Translations under genes and position numbers: made by a program
In this document: in pieces, positions 49,119-61,292 of the stretch
Layout: the number at the start of each line of letters is the position of its first letter
Position numbering within the stretch: the stretch's first letter is position 1
Notes under the pieces: model-generated
The model's database searches: none
What the model was told of the DNA's origin: nothing
What the model saw: the letters and a program-made list of their open reading frames with translations, nothing else
Assembly (NCBI GenBank): GCA_017654855.1
Contig: CM030335.1
Coordinates: 3,844,001 to 3,908,000 of the forward strand
Source: Podospora anserina
Taxonomy: Eukaryota
Length of the DNA stretch: 64,000 nucleotides
Direction of reading: 5' to 3'

Positions 49119-50375
49119 TCAATAGCATCGACGGGTGCTACCATCCGACGCCATGCCGTATACATCCACCTTTCCGTTATCCCATGCTAAGCCGTTAGGT
49201 TTCGTAGTAACACTGCCGCCCATATTCTCCCACGAAGCTGTCCACTGGCCATTGGTGGCCTTTTTGCGGTACATGGCACCGTCCCGGCCAGTGTAGTACA
49301 CTTCCATCTGATTGCCCCAAGCAACAACATCTGGAGCCGTGCCTGGTCGCACATCACCACCCATGTTCATCCAGTTACCCCAATTCCCGGTGCTGTTGGT
49401 GTAAGTTCTCATCCACACCGCCCCGTCGGTTCCCCCAACGGCCACAGTCATATTGCCGCTCCAAGCAACGGCGCTGGGTTCACTATCCAACGAGCCCCCG
49501 AGGTTTGTCCAGCTTCCCCAAGTATTTTCATTCATCATTTGTGTCGCCCATGCCTGTCCATCTGTCCCTCTCACCACCACTCCCGTGTGGCCTTCACCCC
49601 AGCTTACAGACTTTGGCGCACCGGCGAGGGAGCCGCCCATGTTTTGCCAGCTGCCCCATCCGCTATTCTCATCGTACCTAATCCCCCACAGCTGATTGTC
49701 ACTGGAGCTGGTGTAGACAGACGCATGCCTGCCGCCCCAGGAGCACGAGGAAGGATAGTGCTTGCAGTTGCCCCCCATCGGTTGCCATGATCCCCACCCA
49801 CCGCCACTGTAGGGGCGATGCCAGATCTGATAGTCTGTTCCTTTGCAAAACATGTGCATGTATCCACTTCTCCTGCTGCAACAACTTGGAGCAGAGTCGA
49901 GACTTCCACCCAGATCGTCCCACTCTGGAATCCACGGGTTGCTACCGCCGCGATAGTACTTGTGACGGCATTTTCGGTCGCGATGCGTATAATATACGTC
50001 CTGCCGACCGGGGCCCCAGGATGTAACCGCGGGGTGGTACAAGCCAGAGCCAGACATGTTTTCCCACTGGCCAGATGTTGCTCGCTTGGTTTGTTGCTCG
50101 GGGCTGATCAAGGGTGGGGCAGGAGAGGATACCTGGCGAGGAGAACGGGCTTTGAAAGACGGAGAGGGATTAGTGAAGTACTCGATCGAGTGAACATTGG
50201 ACCGCTTGGAGAGGAAGTTATCGGGGCGGGGCGTATTCCAATAGTCAATATCTCTTGCTTCCGCGCGGCTGCGGATGAGGAAAGGTGAAGGACGGGTGCG
50301 GGGCCCTATAAGATCAGGTGATGGGAGGGAAAAGACGAAAAGGGGAAGGGTGAGCAATATGATGTAATGGATCAT
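49119..50375 (-). CDS. Secreted seven-bladed beta-propeller lectin-like protein (PLL/fucose-lectin type)
   Basis: Signal peptide, KR-containing pro-region and seven ~46-aa repeats W-x-x-[LM]GG...P...W...G.D...W; intronless. Confidence 0.85.
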   Translation of the reverse strand: MIHYIILLTLPLFVFSLPSPDLIGPRTRPSPFLIRSRAEARDIDYWNTPRPDNFLSKRSNVHSIEYFTNPSPSFKARSPRQVSSPAPPLISPEQQTKRATSGQWENMSGSGLYHPAVTSWGPGRQDVYYTHRDRKCRHKYYRGGSNPWIPEWDDLGGSLDSAPSCCSRRSGYMHMFCKGTDYQIWHRPYSGGGWGSWQPMGGNCKHYPSSCSWGGRHASVYTSSSDNQLWGIRYDENSGWGSWQNMGGSLAGAPKSVSWGEGHTGVVVRGTDGQAWATQMMNENTWGSWTNLGGSLDSEPSAVAWSGNMTVAVGGTDGAVWMRTYTNSTGNWGNWMNMGGDVRPGTAPDVVAWGNQMEVYYTGRDGAMYRKKATNGQWTASWENMGGSVTTKPNGLAWDNGKVDVYGMASDGSTRRCY

Positions 50376-51761
50376 GTTTTGCAAGAGGTTGGATTCGATG
50401 GTTTTGGAGTCTGCAGTGATTGAAGTGGGTGTTGGAGATGACAGTAACAAGCAAGCTTCCAGAGACAAAAAGGAGACTTTTATAGACAGCAAACTTGCGT
50501 GCTTCTGCATCCAGACGGACTTGCATTGGGCCTTACGATGGAACAGTCCTCGTCCTGAGTCAGTTCATAGCCATACAGATTGCCGCTGGACGGCTACCAA
50601 TCTTCATATTGCGACACTTCTCACCTTATCTTGTGTGAATACTGGGTCAGCCTGACCCTGGGAGAGTTCCTACTGGCTATTTTCTCACAGCGTGTTATTC
50701 ACTTTCGTTCTGAGTTCCCACTGCGAGACATCCAAGTGGTCACAAAGCCATGGATGCATTTCTCACAATACAAAATACCGACAGAACACCAGGGTTGCAC
50801 TGCAGCACACTGTACGCTCATAATGAAGTGGTGGCCCATTCATGTGGGCACTTGCTTGTTGCCAAGTCCGAATAAAGGGATCGAGTTGACCGGGTATGAA
50901 TCTTGCCGATACCCGTTACCATCAGAGAGAGGGGGCAGGCCGGGAAGGTAAGGTAAGGTAGCACCTAACAAGATGAAAGAGGAAACCACCCCGACTTGAC
51001 ATATCAAAGGAAGATAGCTCCAGAACGAGTCTCAACCCAGTCGAGATGCAACTGTTTGAAGCGTCCGAGGTCTATGGTTGCATACCTATCTACGACCGCA
51101 TGATCAGTTCCAGAGTCTCATGGGGTACATAGAGTTTGCTGTTGTTTAGTTCACGGCTATTTGAATCTTGGTGACTGTCACGCGTTCGAAGATGAAACTC
51201 GGCTTACCTCCCTTATCTATATGGGGTTCATCGATACTATCCGCCACTTTCTCCGCTGCGTATCAACTTTCAACCCAGGTATGGTAACCACTGTAACATA
51301 CCAGACTCAACTCACCGCCTCTCCAGTTCCCGAATATGGTATTATTGCTCGTTTTGGTGTCACACCACCGTTCATGTTATCTTTCCGAGGCATAGGTGAT
51401 GTCCTCTTCCGCGAGGCTCATGGTGGTGTGTATCAGAGTACCAAGGTATCTGTGTGCCGCTACAATGTCAACGATGGACGGGAAACCTTGAGTTGCTTTT
51501 CCCCGAAATTGGCCCAGATTGCTCATGGCTGAGCTGTAGGTTGGTATCAAACTGATTAGAGATTGCTAGGGAAATGGAAATAAAACTCCATGCTACATAC
51601 AGAAAAGCGTAAAATGAAAACGGAAAACCAAAGAAAAACAGAATAACCCCCCCCTTCCCACGTCTAAGACTCTAAGGTATTATGCTCCCACACCTGATGC
51701 AACTGCCCACTTTCGTTTTTGGAATCTCGACTCTACCCTCATCAACTTGAACATATTGGAC

Positions 51762-53474
51762 CTAGGAAAAGCAGCTCTTGGCCCAAAGGATAGCTTTAAC
51801 CTTGAGGGGAATCTTGTTGCTCTTGCCAGAGTTAAGTTCACGGACCTGGATGCCGTGCTTCTCCTTCAAGGGGCCCTCGTTGGAGGATAAAGATTGCCTT
51901 CCTGGAGCGTCAACATCATCAGTTCTGTCGCCAGTGTAGATCTGACGGGGACGCCAAATCTTAATGGGTTTGTCTGTCAATTACAATGTTAGGATCTGAT
52001 TCTGAAAGGTAGACCTAGATTCGGATGTGGAAACATACCCAAGGTCTCTCTCCAGTGTGCGAGACCACCGGGAATTCGCGATAGAGTGATGATGGCCGTG
52101 ATCATGTCGGTCTCGAAGCCCCTGCGACAAGATGGTTTGTTAGCATTTGTCTCACCACATGGAATGCACGAACGATGGCACGTACAGAGCAGAGTACAAG
52201 AAGCATCCCAACAGATCGGCATTCGCCTTGAGCTTCCTGCTCACAAAGTACTCGTCCTCATTGGCCAGCTTGTCGATGGCAAAGGCAACCCTGAGCAGAG
52301 GGTTGGCGTCACACTTCTCCCTGTTCTTCTCAATAAGTTCCTCAATGAGGGAAAGGCGGGGGTCGCGGGTGCGGTAGATGCGGTGACCGTAGCCGAACAG
52401 ACGAGCCTTCTTGGACTTGACCATTTCAATGTAAGCAGGGACAAAACTGGGGTGCTTGATCTTGCCCAGTGCTTCATAAGCAAGATCGATGGCGCCTCCA
52501 TGAAGGGGACCAAATCCGCATACCAGAGCGGAAATGGCGCAAGAGCCTGGATCGGCAAGAGTGGAGCCAGCATGGAGAAGGCCGGCGGTAGAGTTGGTCA
52601 TCTCATGGTCTGCGTAGCAGATCCAGAGCTTCTCAAGGCACGCCTGAATCTCGGGATCGGGACCAACACCAGTCTCCTTGTTTGTCTTGCCCATCATCAA
52701 CAGCAGATTTCCAATGAGGCTGCCATTGGGATCCGGGTTTGTGAAGGTCAGCTTTCGCTTGTGACAGTGAATGAGAGCGAGGGTAGTAGCATAGTAGGCG
52801 ATGGTGCGGATGATGGCCGCATCGGCCTGTTCGAAGTTGTTGTGGAAGCTGGGTTTGTGTGTGTGTCGATTGTTGGCAATCACCTTGTCCCCTGACATGA
52901 AGGCACAGAGACCGGCGAGGCACATCGGGTATGTATCGCTGTTGCGTCTGGAGAGCAAGCACGGTGGTCAGTATGGAGCTCACCCGGTCGACCGAGAGTG
53001 TTGATGCCACTTACGGGAACGCAGCTATGGTGTCAACGACTGTCTTGGTTGGTACCATGGCAGCAGCGAACTTTCGTCGCACATCCAGCTTTTCGGCTTG
53101 TGTAGGAAGCTTTCCCCACATCAAGAGGTAAAGCACATCCTCATAGTCATTGTTTTGGAAGAGCTCTTGGATGGGATGGCCACGATATTGGATTTGGCCC
53201 CGGTTGCCGTCACTGTCTTGCATTAACACGTGGAGCCAAGTAAAAGGTGAACTGGCACTTACATCAGGGTGATCTCGGATTCCATGCACGCGACATTCTC
53301 AAAGCCATTGTCGAGGACGGTGAGCTTCTGCTCAATATCGCTGCCCTTTGGATCTGGGGTGGTGATAGCCATGAGGTCCTTGGCCCGGATGAAGTTATCA
53401 TGGATGGGGATGAGGTAGGCATTCTCGGTGCGAGAATCCACAATGCGCAGTTGGCCGGTCTCTTTGGAAGGCAT
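51762..53474 (-). CDS. Citrate synthase-like protein (no obvious mitochondrial presequence)
   Basis: IDGNRGQIQYRG, YADHEM, GPLHGGA, LFGYGHRIY..RDPR, ANAD and IWRPRQIYTG. Introns 53262-53213, 53014-52948, 52185-52122 and 52038-51974 all keep frame. Confidence 0.93.
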
Positions 53475-54364
53475 ATTGGCGGTTGGTCAACGTTGACTGA
53501 GCGTGAACGAGTATTCAAGTCGATGCGGACTGGAGTGTTGGTTGGATGTCGTGGATCAGTATCACGGTACAAGTGCTGGCATTTAAGCACTTTTGGAAGT
53601 TAGGACGGGGACTGTTGAGGATGTCGAGTCCTTTTCCCAACTTGGATTGCACTGATTCACATTTCCGTCATGTAATTGTCGCTGGGGGTGATGTCGTGTC
53701 TCAACAAGTCGTGGGGTCGGCCATCCGGGAAGTTCGGAAGATCCCTTCCACATATAGCAAGTGTTCGAGGAGCGGCAACAATGGAACCGTTGCAGCCGCA
53801 CAGCGAGCTATCCGTGAGACTTTTGGGATATCGGGGAGTCAAGTGCTGCGCAGGACTTTTTCTTCCATTCCATAGGAGCCGGCGGCAGTACCTTGCGATT
53901 GGGAAATGGTTCGCTGACCCGGACCTGCAGGTGTGTAACACGTACCTGGGGCGTGGTGTCCCCACAAAATCCTCAGATTCCTTTCCATCGCTTCCGTGCG
54001 CGCAGCTCACGGCTGTTTCGGTCAAGTCCGCCTCATAGAAGCTCTACCGGTCTGGAATCCTTTGAGAAAGATATTATCTGATAATGTCAAAATTGTGGCA
54101 TGTTTGATCTTTGTTGATGTCTTGGCGGTCGGACCAGGAGATGTTGAGATCTTCCGGGCTTATGCCGTCCTTGTTTACTGCATTCCGCATTCCGACAACT
54201 CCAAGTTCATAAGTCCCAGGAGTCAGCGCGCACTCTGAATGTTTTGTTTCTCATCACCATCACCACCATCCACTAGAAGCCTCCGCCGCCTGCTCTCAAC
54301 GCTCTCAACTACAAACACTTTTGCACAACATCTTACCTTTCATACAACTTCGAAATCGATCAGA

Positions 54365-55273
54365 ATGGCCGCTGCTGCTGTTGCCCCCACCTCCACCACA
54401 GGCTTTGTCTGCATGTGGAATGGCACCAAGGACGGTGCCGACGCTTTTGTCGACTATGGCAATGGCAACACCAACATCAACGAGCCCCAGAAGGTCAATA
54501 TTGTGGCTCACGACATCCGCCACTTGGAGCCCAAGCCATCTCTCGCCGGAGACGGCTACGAGCTCGCCGACCACGTCAGCAATCTTTCCACCGAGGACAT
54601 GCTTGCTGGAAACACTCCCGAGGGCCGCAAGTTGATTGAGACCGAGTACTATGCCGAGTGCAAGAAGATCATTGCCGACATCACCAAGGCCCCCATCGTG
54701 GAGCCTTACATCTTCCGCATCCGACAAAACGGTGCTCATCCTCGCGATTTTGGCACCAAGAACGTGGCCAACAAGGGCATGACCTCGGCCTCCCTTCCAA
54801 TTGCCCATGTTGACCGTGACCGCCGCACGCTCCGCGACGGCATCATTGAGTACTTTGGCGCAGATGAGGCCGAGAGACTGTTCAAGAAGCACAAGCGGTA
54901 TGCCCAGATCAACGTTTGGCGTGGTGTGGACGAGGTCATCAAGAAGTGGCCCCTCATCTTTATCAACCACGCCCAGGTCCCCAACTGGGATTATGACAGC
55001 CACATGGCCACAGTTACGCCCATCAATGACCCCCGCGTCGCCATCCGCGGCCAAAAGGCGCAGGACAGTGTTCTCAAGTATGCCGCCGAGTACAGCTACT
55101 ACTATGTCAGCGACATGAAGAAGGAGGAGGTGCTTGTCTTCTCGTCAGGCGACAGCGATGCCGCTCGCGTTGTGCCCCACGGCGCTTTCTGGGACGACAA
55201 CACGGCTGATGATGCGCCCACCAGGCGCTCGCTCGAGGTCCGTGCCTGGGTTTTCTTTGACGACGAGGAGTAA
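54365..55273 (+). CDS. AsaB/CmcJ/GA4-desaturase-like oxygenase
   Basis: AHVD, INVWR....WPL, YY.SDM..EEVLVF, VPHGAF and RRSLEVR; intronless with strong codon bias. Confidence 0.85.
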   Translation: MAAAAVAPTSTTGFVCMWNGTKDGADAFVDYGNGNTNINEPQKVNIVAHDIRHLEPKPSLAGDGYELADHVSNLSTEDMLAGNTPEGRKLIETEYYAECKKIIADITKAPIVEPYIFRIRQNGAHPRDFGTKNVANKGMTSASLPIAHVDRDRRTLRDGIIEYFGADEAERLFKKHKRYAQINVWRGVDEVIKKWPLIFINHAQVPNWDYDSHMATVTPINDPRVAIRGQKAQDSVLKYAAEYSYYYVSDMKKEEVLVFSSGDSDAARVVPHGAFWDDNTADDAPTRRSLEVRAWVFFDDEE

Positions 55274-57018
55274 TTGAGATGAACGTGTTGGTGCTTCGAT
55301 GATCTGTTTCAATTTTTCCACTCACTAGACTAGCTTAGATAAATCAAACCGTGCAAGTTGTCATGATGCCTCCATTCACAATGTCGTTTTGTCTTGCAAT
55401 GTCTTGAAAGGAGATCTCGACATGTCTGCTGTCAGCTGTTCAAGTGAAGGTCCCTGCTTGTGTGTCTGTGCCTGAGAGTTGTGATTGGTTGTGATTGAAA
55501 TAGAAATGCGGGAGCTAGCCCTAGCGCATGTTTTTGGCCTCCCAGAGCCCCACTCTCAACGTCCAATGACGTGTTTGAGCCTGGGCCACTTTGATAACAT
55601 CAAAAAAGGACTACCCAAAGAGGAAACAAGCTCAGCGCCAATGGCAGATGTACCGAGATCCCCGCAGGGTCAGCGTTACACCACGGCAAGCCTCACACGG
55701 ACACGGACTGGTTTTCTCGTCACTTTTGTCCTGTCCATAACAACCACTGACTTCAAGGCGGTGTTTTCCCATCAGGTCTGCGTTTTTCACTCCGTTCTGG
55801 TCCAGGCCCCGGTAATGCCGATCATTCCCATTCCGCTCTTCTATTGTTCAAACCGTGTCATCGGGTTTCGCTCTGATGGCATCAAATCTGAGTCAACTAT
55901 GAAATGTAAGACAGGACAGTCAAAGCTGGAATTGAGGCCTGCCATCTCAGACGTGTCTTGATCCAGCCCTTTTCACTGCATGTGCACAGTACCGGGAAAT
56001 GGGGATCTGGGGACATCGTACCTCCAGGAACCGTCCCCTTCTCGTGCTCTGTTGCCGTTTGGGGGGACTAGAAATGGACAGCATGTGAAATTGGGCCACC
56101 AGTTCTTACCAAAGCTCAAAGCCCCGGGGCGGAGGCAAACTCGGCACGGAGAACGGAACATATTTGGCTCCATCACATATCGGCTTCTTCGGTGTTCCTA
56201 TTGCTAGAATTCGGTAGTGACTGGCGAGGTAGGTTAGCTTAAACCACGAGATAGCATCAAAACCTCCAAAGAGAACCGTCCCGGCTTTGGGATCTGACTG
56301 CACGTGGGCTTATCCGCCAAGCCTCCCCTACTTCTGGTCACAGTCCACAGATCCTGGCCATCAGCGATAGAGCTACTACAAAGGTAGGCAACCCCGACTC
56401 TTCCAGTCATGAGCCGCAAAGTCGCATCATACCTCGGTATCTTGACAATGGCAACCGGGGGAACGGAGTCGTCGGAGACCCAGGCAAGAAGACAGACCCT
56501 CAAGAAGTCTTCCCTTCTCAGTACCACCACATGGCATCCATTTCCTTCATGGCTCCGCCGGGGCGCTGGGTCTTTTCAATGGGATATTCATAATCTGGCA
56601 ATCGATTCTCCCTCTGTTGACTCGATGCCAAGACAAGCATAACCATCAGATGTCAAACAGTTTTGGGATTAGTCTCACAGTCCCACCCACACCCCGGATG
56701 TGCGGCAGGGGGGCGCGGCCACTAATAGTGGACCTTCTGGAATGCAACCCAACAATGGGGTGGCCACAAGGAAAGACGGGCTCGACCGAGACACCGGGAG
56801 AAAGGGCACTTTGGCTCCCTATCCTCCGTTCCATGACACCTTCTCCTCGCCTGAAAATGCACGACATAAGTGTAAAAGAACATCGACGACGCGCTGAACA
56901 TTGGCATCCACCACCGCTTTGAACCTGGCCAAGCCTTGAGGGTTTTCTCTTCGTTTTATCGTCTTTATTTTTGTTTTCTTGCCCTGGGCTTGCCCTGGGT
57001 ACCATCAAAACACACCGT

Positions 57019-58711
57019 CATGGCAGTCATGGCAACCGTGGCGACAGGAAGCACATCTGCTCTCGCTGCTGTCGACACCGAGCCCATCTCTGAGCAGCCC
57101 GTCTCGGACGGTGTTGACGACGTCGACGTGCCACCTCCGTATTCCGTATGGTCACCGTGGCAAAAGAAGCTCATCGTCGCCGGCGCCGCCTTTGGTGGTT
57201 TCTTCAACCCAATCACGGCCCAAGTCTACCTACCTGCTCTAACAGTCTTGGAAGACGAGTTCGGCGTCACTGAGGCCGAAATCAACCTGACCGTTACCAC
57301 CTACATGATCTTCCAGGGCTTGACTCCTATCCTATTCAGTGGCTTTACCGACACACTGGGAAGACGACCTGGATACATCTTCTGTTTCATCGTATACATC
57401 TCAGCCAACATTGCCCTGGCTCTCGCAAATGACTATGAGGACTTGCTGGTAATACGGTGTTTCCAGTCAGCCGGATCAGCGACCATCATGGTGATCTGTC
57501 AGGCAGTGGTGGCCGACATCATCACCAGCGCCGAAAGAGGAGCTTATATTGCATTGACGGCCATCCCGTCCATTCTGGGCCCATCCCTCGGTCCCGTCAT
57601 TGGCGGTGCCATGACGCAATACATGGGTTGGAGGAGCATCTTTTGGATGTTGACCATTGCAGCGGGCATCAACTTCTTGCTCATGCTGTTGTTCATACCA
57701 GAAACGTGCCGCAAGGTGGTAGGTGACGGATCCGTCCGCCCTCCCTGGTGGTGTCAGAGCGTGTATCAGTGGTTTTACTACCGTCGGCACCCCAGTGTCC
57801 CTCAAAACCTTAACTCGCTTGAAAAGTCTGCGTACACCACGGATGAGGGCAAACTCAAGTACGCCACTTCTCACTTGTTTTCATCCTTTGCGTTGCTCCG
57901 AGAGAAGGAGCTTGCACTTTTACTCATCATCGGCGGTACCGTTTTCACTGGGGTCTATGCCGTGGGAACGGCCATGCCAGCCCTCCTCCAAAACTTGTAT
58001 GGCTTTACCCCCATGCAAATTGGACTCATGTATTTACCATTGGCTGGTGGCTCAATCCTTGCGGTGGTGTTTGTTGGGCCCGGCATGAACTGGAACCTGA
58101 GACGGCATGCCAGAAAGCTGGGAATGCCGGTGGACAAGAAAACCAAGATGGACCTCAGTCGGTTTCCCATTGAGAAGGTTAGACTGGAGATTGCATTCCC
58201 ATTTTTGCTCTTGGGCGTCGGGATTATAACTTCTTGGGGCTGGATCACCGTCAACAAGGTCGAGATTGAAAAGGTGATCATTGTGGTGCTTTTCCTTGGG
58301 GTTGGTTTGGTTGGAGTCAACAATGTGGTCAACGCGCTGATTGTCGACATTTATCCCGACACAGCCGGCGCGGCGCTGGCAGCCTACAACCTAGCAAAAT
58401 GCATCATGGGCGCAGCATCGTCTGGATTCGTCGCGCCCATGATCCTAGGGATGGGCATGGGTCCGGCGTTTACTCTCTTGGGTTGTCTCTACCTTCTACT
58501 CGTGCCCATCATACTCTTGGTAATGTGGAAGGGGGTTGCCTGGAGGACATCCAGACATGCAAGAGAGCTGAGAAAGAAGGGCAGCATCTTAGTCAGGGAG
58601 CAAGAGCCTCAGGAATCGGTTTCTGATACTGACATGGCAAGCACACCGCAAAAGGAAACAACGAGTACCGAGATTCTGCCGGCAGAAAAGGACGCGAGGT
58701 CGACATCATAG
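57019..58711 (+). CDS. MFS drug:H+ antiporter (DHA1; Qdr/CexA-like exporter)
   Basis: PPYSVWSPWQKKLIV, YLPAL, DTLGRRP, VVADIITSAERG, GPSLGPVIGG, GWRSIFW, PETCR.VVGDGS and FPIEKVRL. Confidence 0.92.
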
Positions 58712-59012
58712 TCCACTTCGTTTAATGGATGGAATAACTACGAGCATGCGTGTATTGATAGACGATAGACTACTGTGTATTTTTGATTGCCGTTTGCCAT
58801 TGGGAACCATATGTACAATTGTAATTTCCGAATCCATCATTTCATGATACAACCCGTCCAGCCTCATTAAGTATGGCTTCACACCATGAAGCCTATTACC
58901 ACTTCGTGTACAAAAATCCAAACACATATTACAACAACTTCTCCCTCGCCATACATCTTGTAACGCCCAAGAGCGTCAACGTACCGCGTTGCCAGTCCAA
59001 TTCGTCATCCCT

Positions 59013-59632
59013 CTACACCGTGGTTGTGGTTCCATGACCGTTGCTCACAGGGACTGCGTTGCCACTCGTAAGCGGTCTGTCTTTCTCGATGTCACCACCG
59101 TGGAGAAGTCTGTTCGTCCGCGAACCAGCCCACATCAGAGCTTCTAAGATCGCATTGAGGAACAGGTATGAACTACAATAGTAACGCGTTAGTGAGCACT
59201 GGGGTGGCATACTGTGTAGAGATCGACTACTTACAACCCAATGATCCAAAATGCCTGAATGGTATGCTTGAGCCGGCACCTGTTGACAAAAGGAGGAGAA
59301 TTGTACAAGCACCTATTACCGGCATAATCCTGGCTGCTGAAAATCAAGCTTGTGAGCCAGAAGTATGAGAGCAGGAGGTTAAGCGGAAGCATGTAGCCTC
59401 TGTAAAATTTGAATGCCGGTAAAAAGGTTGCAAAAAGATATAGAAAAAGGGTCACTACCGCAATCACTTCTTGGTACACAAGATGTGTGTTTCGGTAGCG
59501 GTAGTGGTGTAAAAAGTAGGACAAGATCCCAGTCAAGATGGTTGACGACGCAAGCACCAAAAAGTTGTGGAGCCCAAGAATGGTGCGGATGATGGGATTG
59601 TCAAAAAAGCGCTTGGTGTTGGTGGTGTCCAT
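59013..59632 (-). CDS. Four-TM MARVEL-like membrane protein
   Basis: Four hydrophobic segments; intron 59234-59173 keeps frame. Confidence 0.75.
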
Positions 59633-60077
59633 CTTGGTGGTTATTCTTGATCTAACAGAGGGCAATGCTGATGTTGGTGAGAGGCGGAGATTGGGGCAGT
59701 TGTCCGTCTCTGGGATTTCTGGAACAAGACAATCTTTAAACCAGACAACCTCACAACGAATGACGTGTAGCTTCACGTATTCATGACGCATGTTACATGC
59801 CCCGTGTCACCTACATTTTTCGCTGGGCGGTGATGCTGGAAGAAGTGCAGGTGACGTCAAGGAGGGCCCAAAGCGCAGTGTTGAAACAAATACCAATGCT
59901 GAATGACGATGGCTTGTCTGAACCTTGCATCTTCAAAGTGTCATCAGATGTGCTGTGCATTGATATTGGGGAAGACTGTTCCGGAAAACGCAGCGCAAGT
60001 CTAGGATGGATATGGATGTGGCCCTGAGGGACGGGGAGCTAAGGCCTCAGACAATGAGTTGTAATTCTGATTCAGTT

Positions 60078-61292
60078 TCAAACATCCCTGTCGCGACCTT
60101 TTCCGCCTAACACATCTAGAGGTATGGTTTTGGGTTGATCGCTGCCACTGGCGCCGTTGCCTATCGCTTTCCCATCACTTACCAGCGAGATGCTGTTTTC
60201 GTTGTTGGTTATGCTCCTCCATGTCTTCGAAAACACGTTCCCGGCAACAAGCGGAAAGCTCCGTGACTTTCTGATCTGTCGCAATATGGGGTTCATGATT
60301 GTTAGAGTGGCACATATTATGGCGGTGGTAAGATGAAGTGTAGCCCAGAGCACAATCTTGAACTGATTGGGATTTCGGGCGGTAGGGACGTAGCCGAGCA
60401 CAACCTTGACGATTCCGGTCACCACAACACTGTGAGAAGAAGAGACAAGTTAGCTAGATAACATACATCCAATCGACAAACAGCGTCTATGTAAATCTTA
60501 CAATACTCCGAGGAAGAAAATGCCCCCGGCTGACAGTTTGTTCGCGGGCGGTATGTTGAGCTTTCGGAGACTTGCCATCGGAAGTCCTAGAATCATGATG
60601 TTCAAAATGACTTCAAAGATTCCCATTGCCAGCCAAAAGATGTTGTAGTTATAGCAATACCGCTCGTCGTTTATAGGCAATTCCCAAGCCTTCTCCACAG
60701 GGACGCAGTTGAAAACGGAGGCGATTGTTCCGGTTAGCGCCCACCCGAAGACGAGTGCGCTGACGACAATGAGCTGAATATTGAATGCCTTGTCTGATTG
60801 AAAGATGCGACGGTACATGAGCAAGATACTCAGCATTGCGGTACCGCTGACGACAAAATAAAGCATTGCAACGACATAAACCATTTTGTGGTAGAGTGTG
60901 ATTCGCTCGAGGTCGTGGCCTGACAGCCCCAGCTGGCCTTCGACAAGGACATCGGCCAGCCATAATCCGTAAGCAGCAACGACATAAACTACATGAGAAT
61001 GTTGAAGGTTAACTTTGAGACCATGAAGATCTAGGGAGAATAACGCACACCACTGTAAAAGCCCACCGCAGACAGATAGTCCGATCGTGGACCCAACAAC
61101 CATGTAACCATCTAGCCCAACTCCCTGTCTAGAGTATAATCGGGTGTAAATACGAGCGATGGCCGAAAGGATAGCGAGTGTTAGTGCTACAACAGCAGTG
61201 ACGAGAACTGCGGTGGTGTTGCCCGCACTGTTAGATTCCTCAAAGGGGATCAGTGGGGGCGGATCTGGGGTAGAAGACGAGGGAGATGACAT
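60078..61292 (-). CDS. PTH11-like (fungal rhodopsin domain) integral membrane protein, no CFEM
   Basis: ARIYTR....GLDGY, SILLMYRRIF, FNCVPVEKAW, ILGLPM..LRKL, FFLG and IICATL. Intron ~60501-60431 and a probable second one near 61000-61050. Confidence 0.85.

Noticed and set aside
54305-55054. Long antisense ORFs (also 52086-52895, 18680-19621, 14022-15167, 42689-43519)
   Set aside because: They are shadows of codon-biased or repetitive sense genes and show no independent motifs.
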